From Ignavibacteriota bacterium (lineage in GTDB: Bacteria; Bacteroidota; Ignavibacteria; UBA10030; CAVZMI01): a DNA stretch of 64,000 bases. The position numbers and the translations under genes were made by a program. Every line of letters begins with the position of its first letter. Positions within the stretch are counted from its first letter, which is position 1. Below the pieces are notes generated by a model. That model had not been told where the DNA came from and did not search any database. It saw only the letters and a list, made by a program, of their open reading frames with translations. Shown piece after piece: positions 63,771 to 64,000 of this stretch. The stretch is taken from contig CAVZMI010000014.1 in assembly GCA_963776275.1 (NCBI GenBank), forward strand, positions 64,001 to 128,000. The letters are read 5' to 3'.

Positions 63771-64000
63771 GCCAATAAACACATCAATCATATATCATAA
63801 CCATAAAGCTTATCTAAAAGAACTGGATTAACAATTCCAAGAGTTGGTAAGGCTCCGTCAGGAAACTGATTCAAGAGAAATCCAGCTGCACCATGCAATA
63901 TAATAGTGTATCGGTGAATCGTAAACCTTGAACATTTTTTTAATGCTGATGGATGGCAAAACTTGAAAGATACATGCTTATGAAAAAAAGTCTAAAACTG

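Noticed and set aside
63974-64000. Possible start of the next gene (MLMKKSLKL)
   Set aside because: Truncated by the window edge and too short to call

Overview
This window is a 64-kb hemicellulose (glucurono/arabinoxylan) utilisation super-locus. It most likely comes from an FCB-group bacterium of the Ignavibacteria/KSB1 type: ten proteins end in a 'Q/ANYPNPFNP' type IX secretion (T9SS) C-terminal domain, and two TonB-dependent receptors occur without any SusD. Left part (1-13.6 kb): a split cobalamin-dependent methyl-transfer module (corrinoid protein, homocysteine S-methyltransferase domain, MetH reactivation domain, UroD/MtaA-like protein and a methanol:corrinoid methyltransferase MtaB) brackets GH97, GH105, GH9 and a BNR-repeat T9SS protein. 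Middle (13.8-33.5 kb): a cluster behind a LacI-type operator (GH10, PfkB kinase, GH3, GH116, GPH symporter), a TonB receptor with a T9SS partner, an FG-GAP/ASPIC protein and GH35. Right part (33.7-64 kb): after a tRNA-3'-end-like putative att site come XylR and its apparent regulon, marked by three copies of a ~70-bp promoter element. It holds LamG, GH10, two GH30, an FG-GAP protein, two GH43, GH51, a minus-strand PPIase-like/TonB receptor/giant protein/PorV-like operon and an IS3 relic. Ten single-base frameshifts in nine genes and one in-frame TGA split otherwise intact genes and are probably read/assembly errors. The best candidate for an undescribed system is the glycan-linked corrinoid module, which may salvage O-methyl groups or methanol from methylated polysaccharides into methionine. 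The SusD-independent TonB/T9SS/PorV module is second. All family calls come from motif recognition by eye; no database searches were run.
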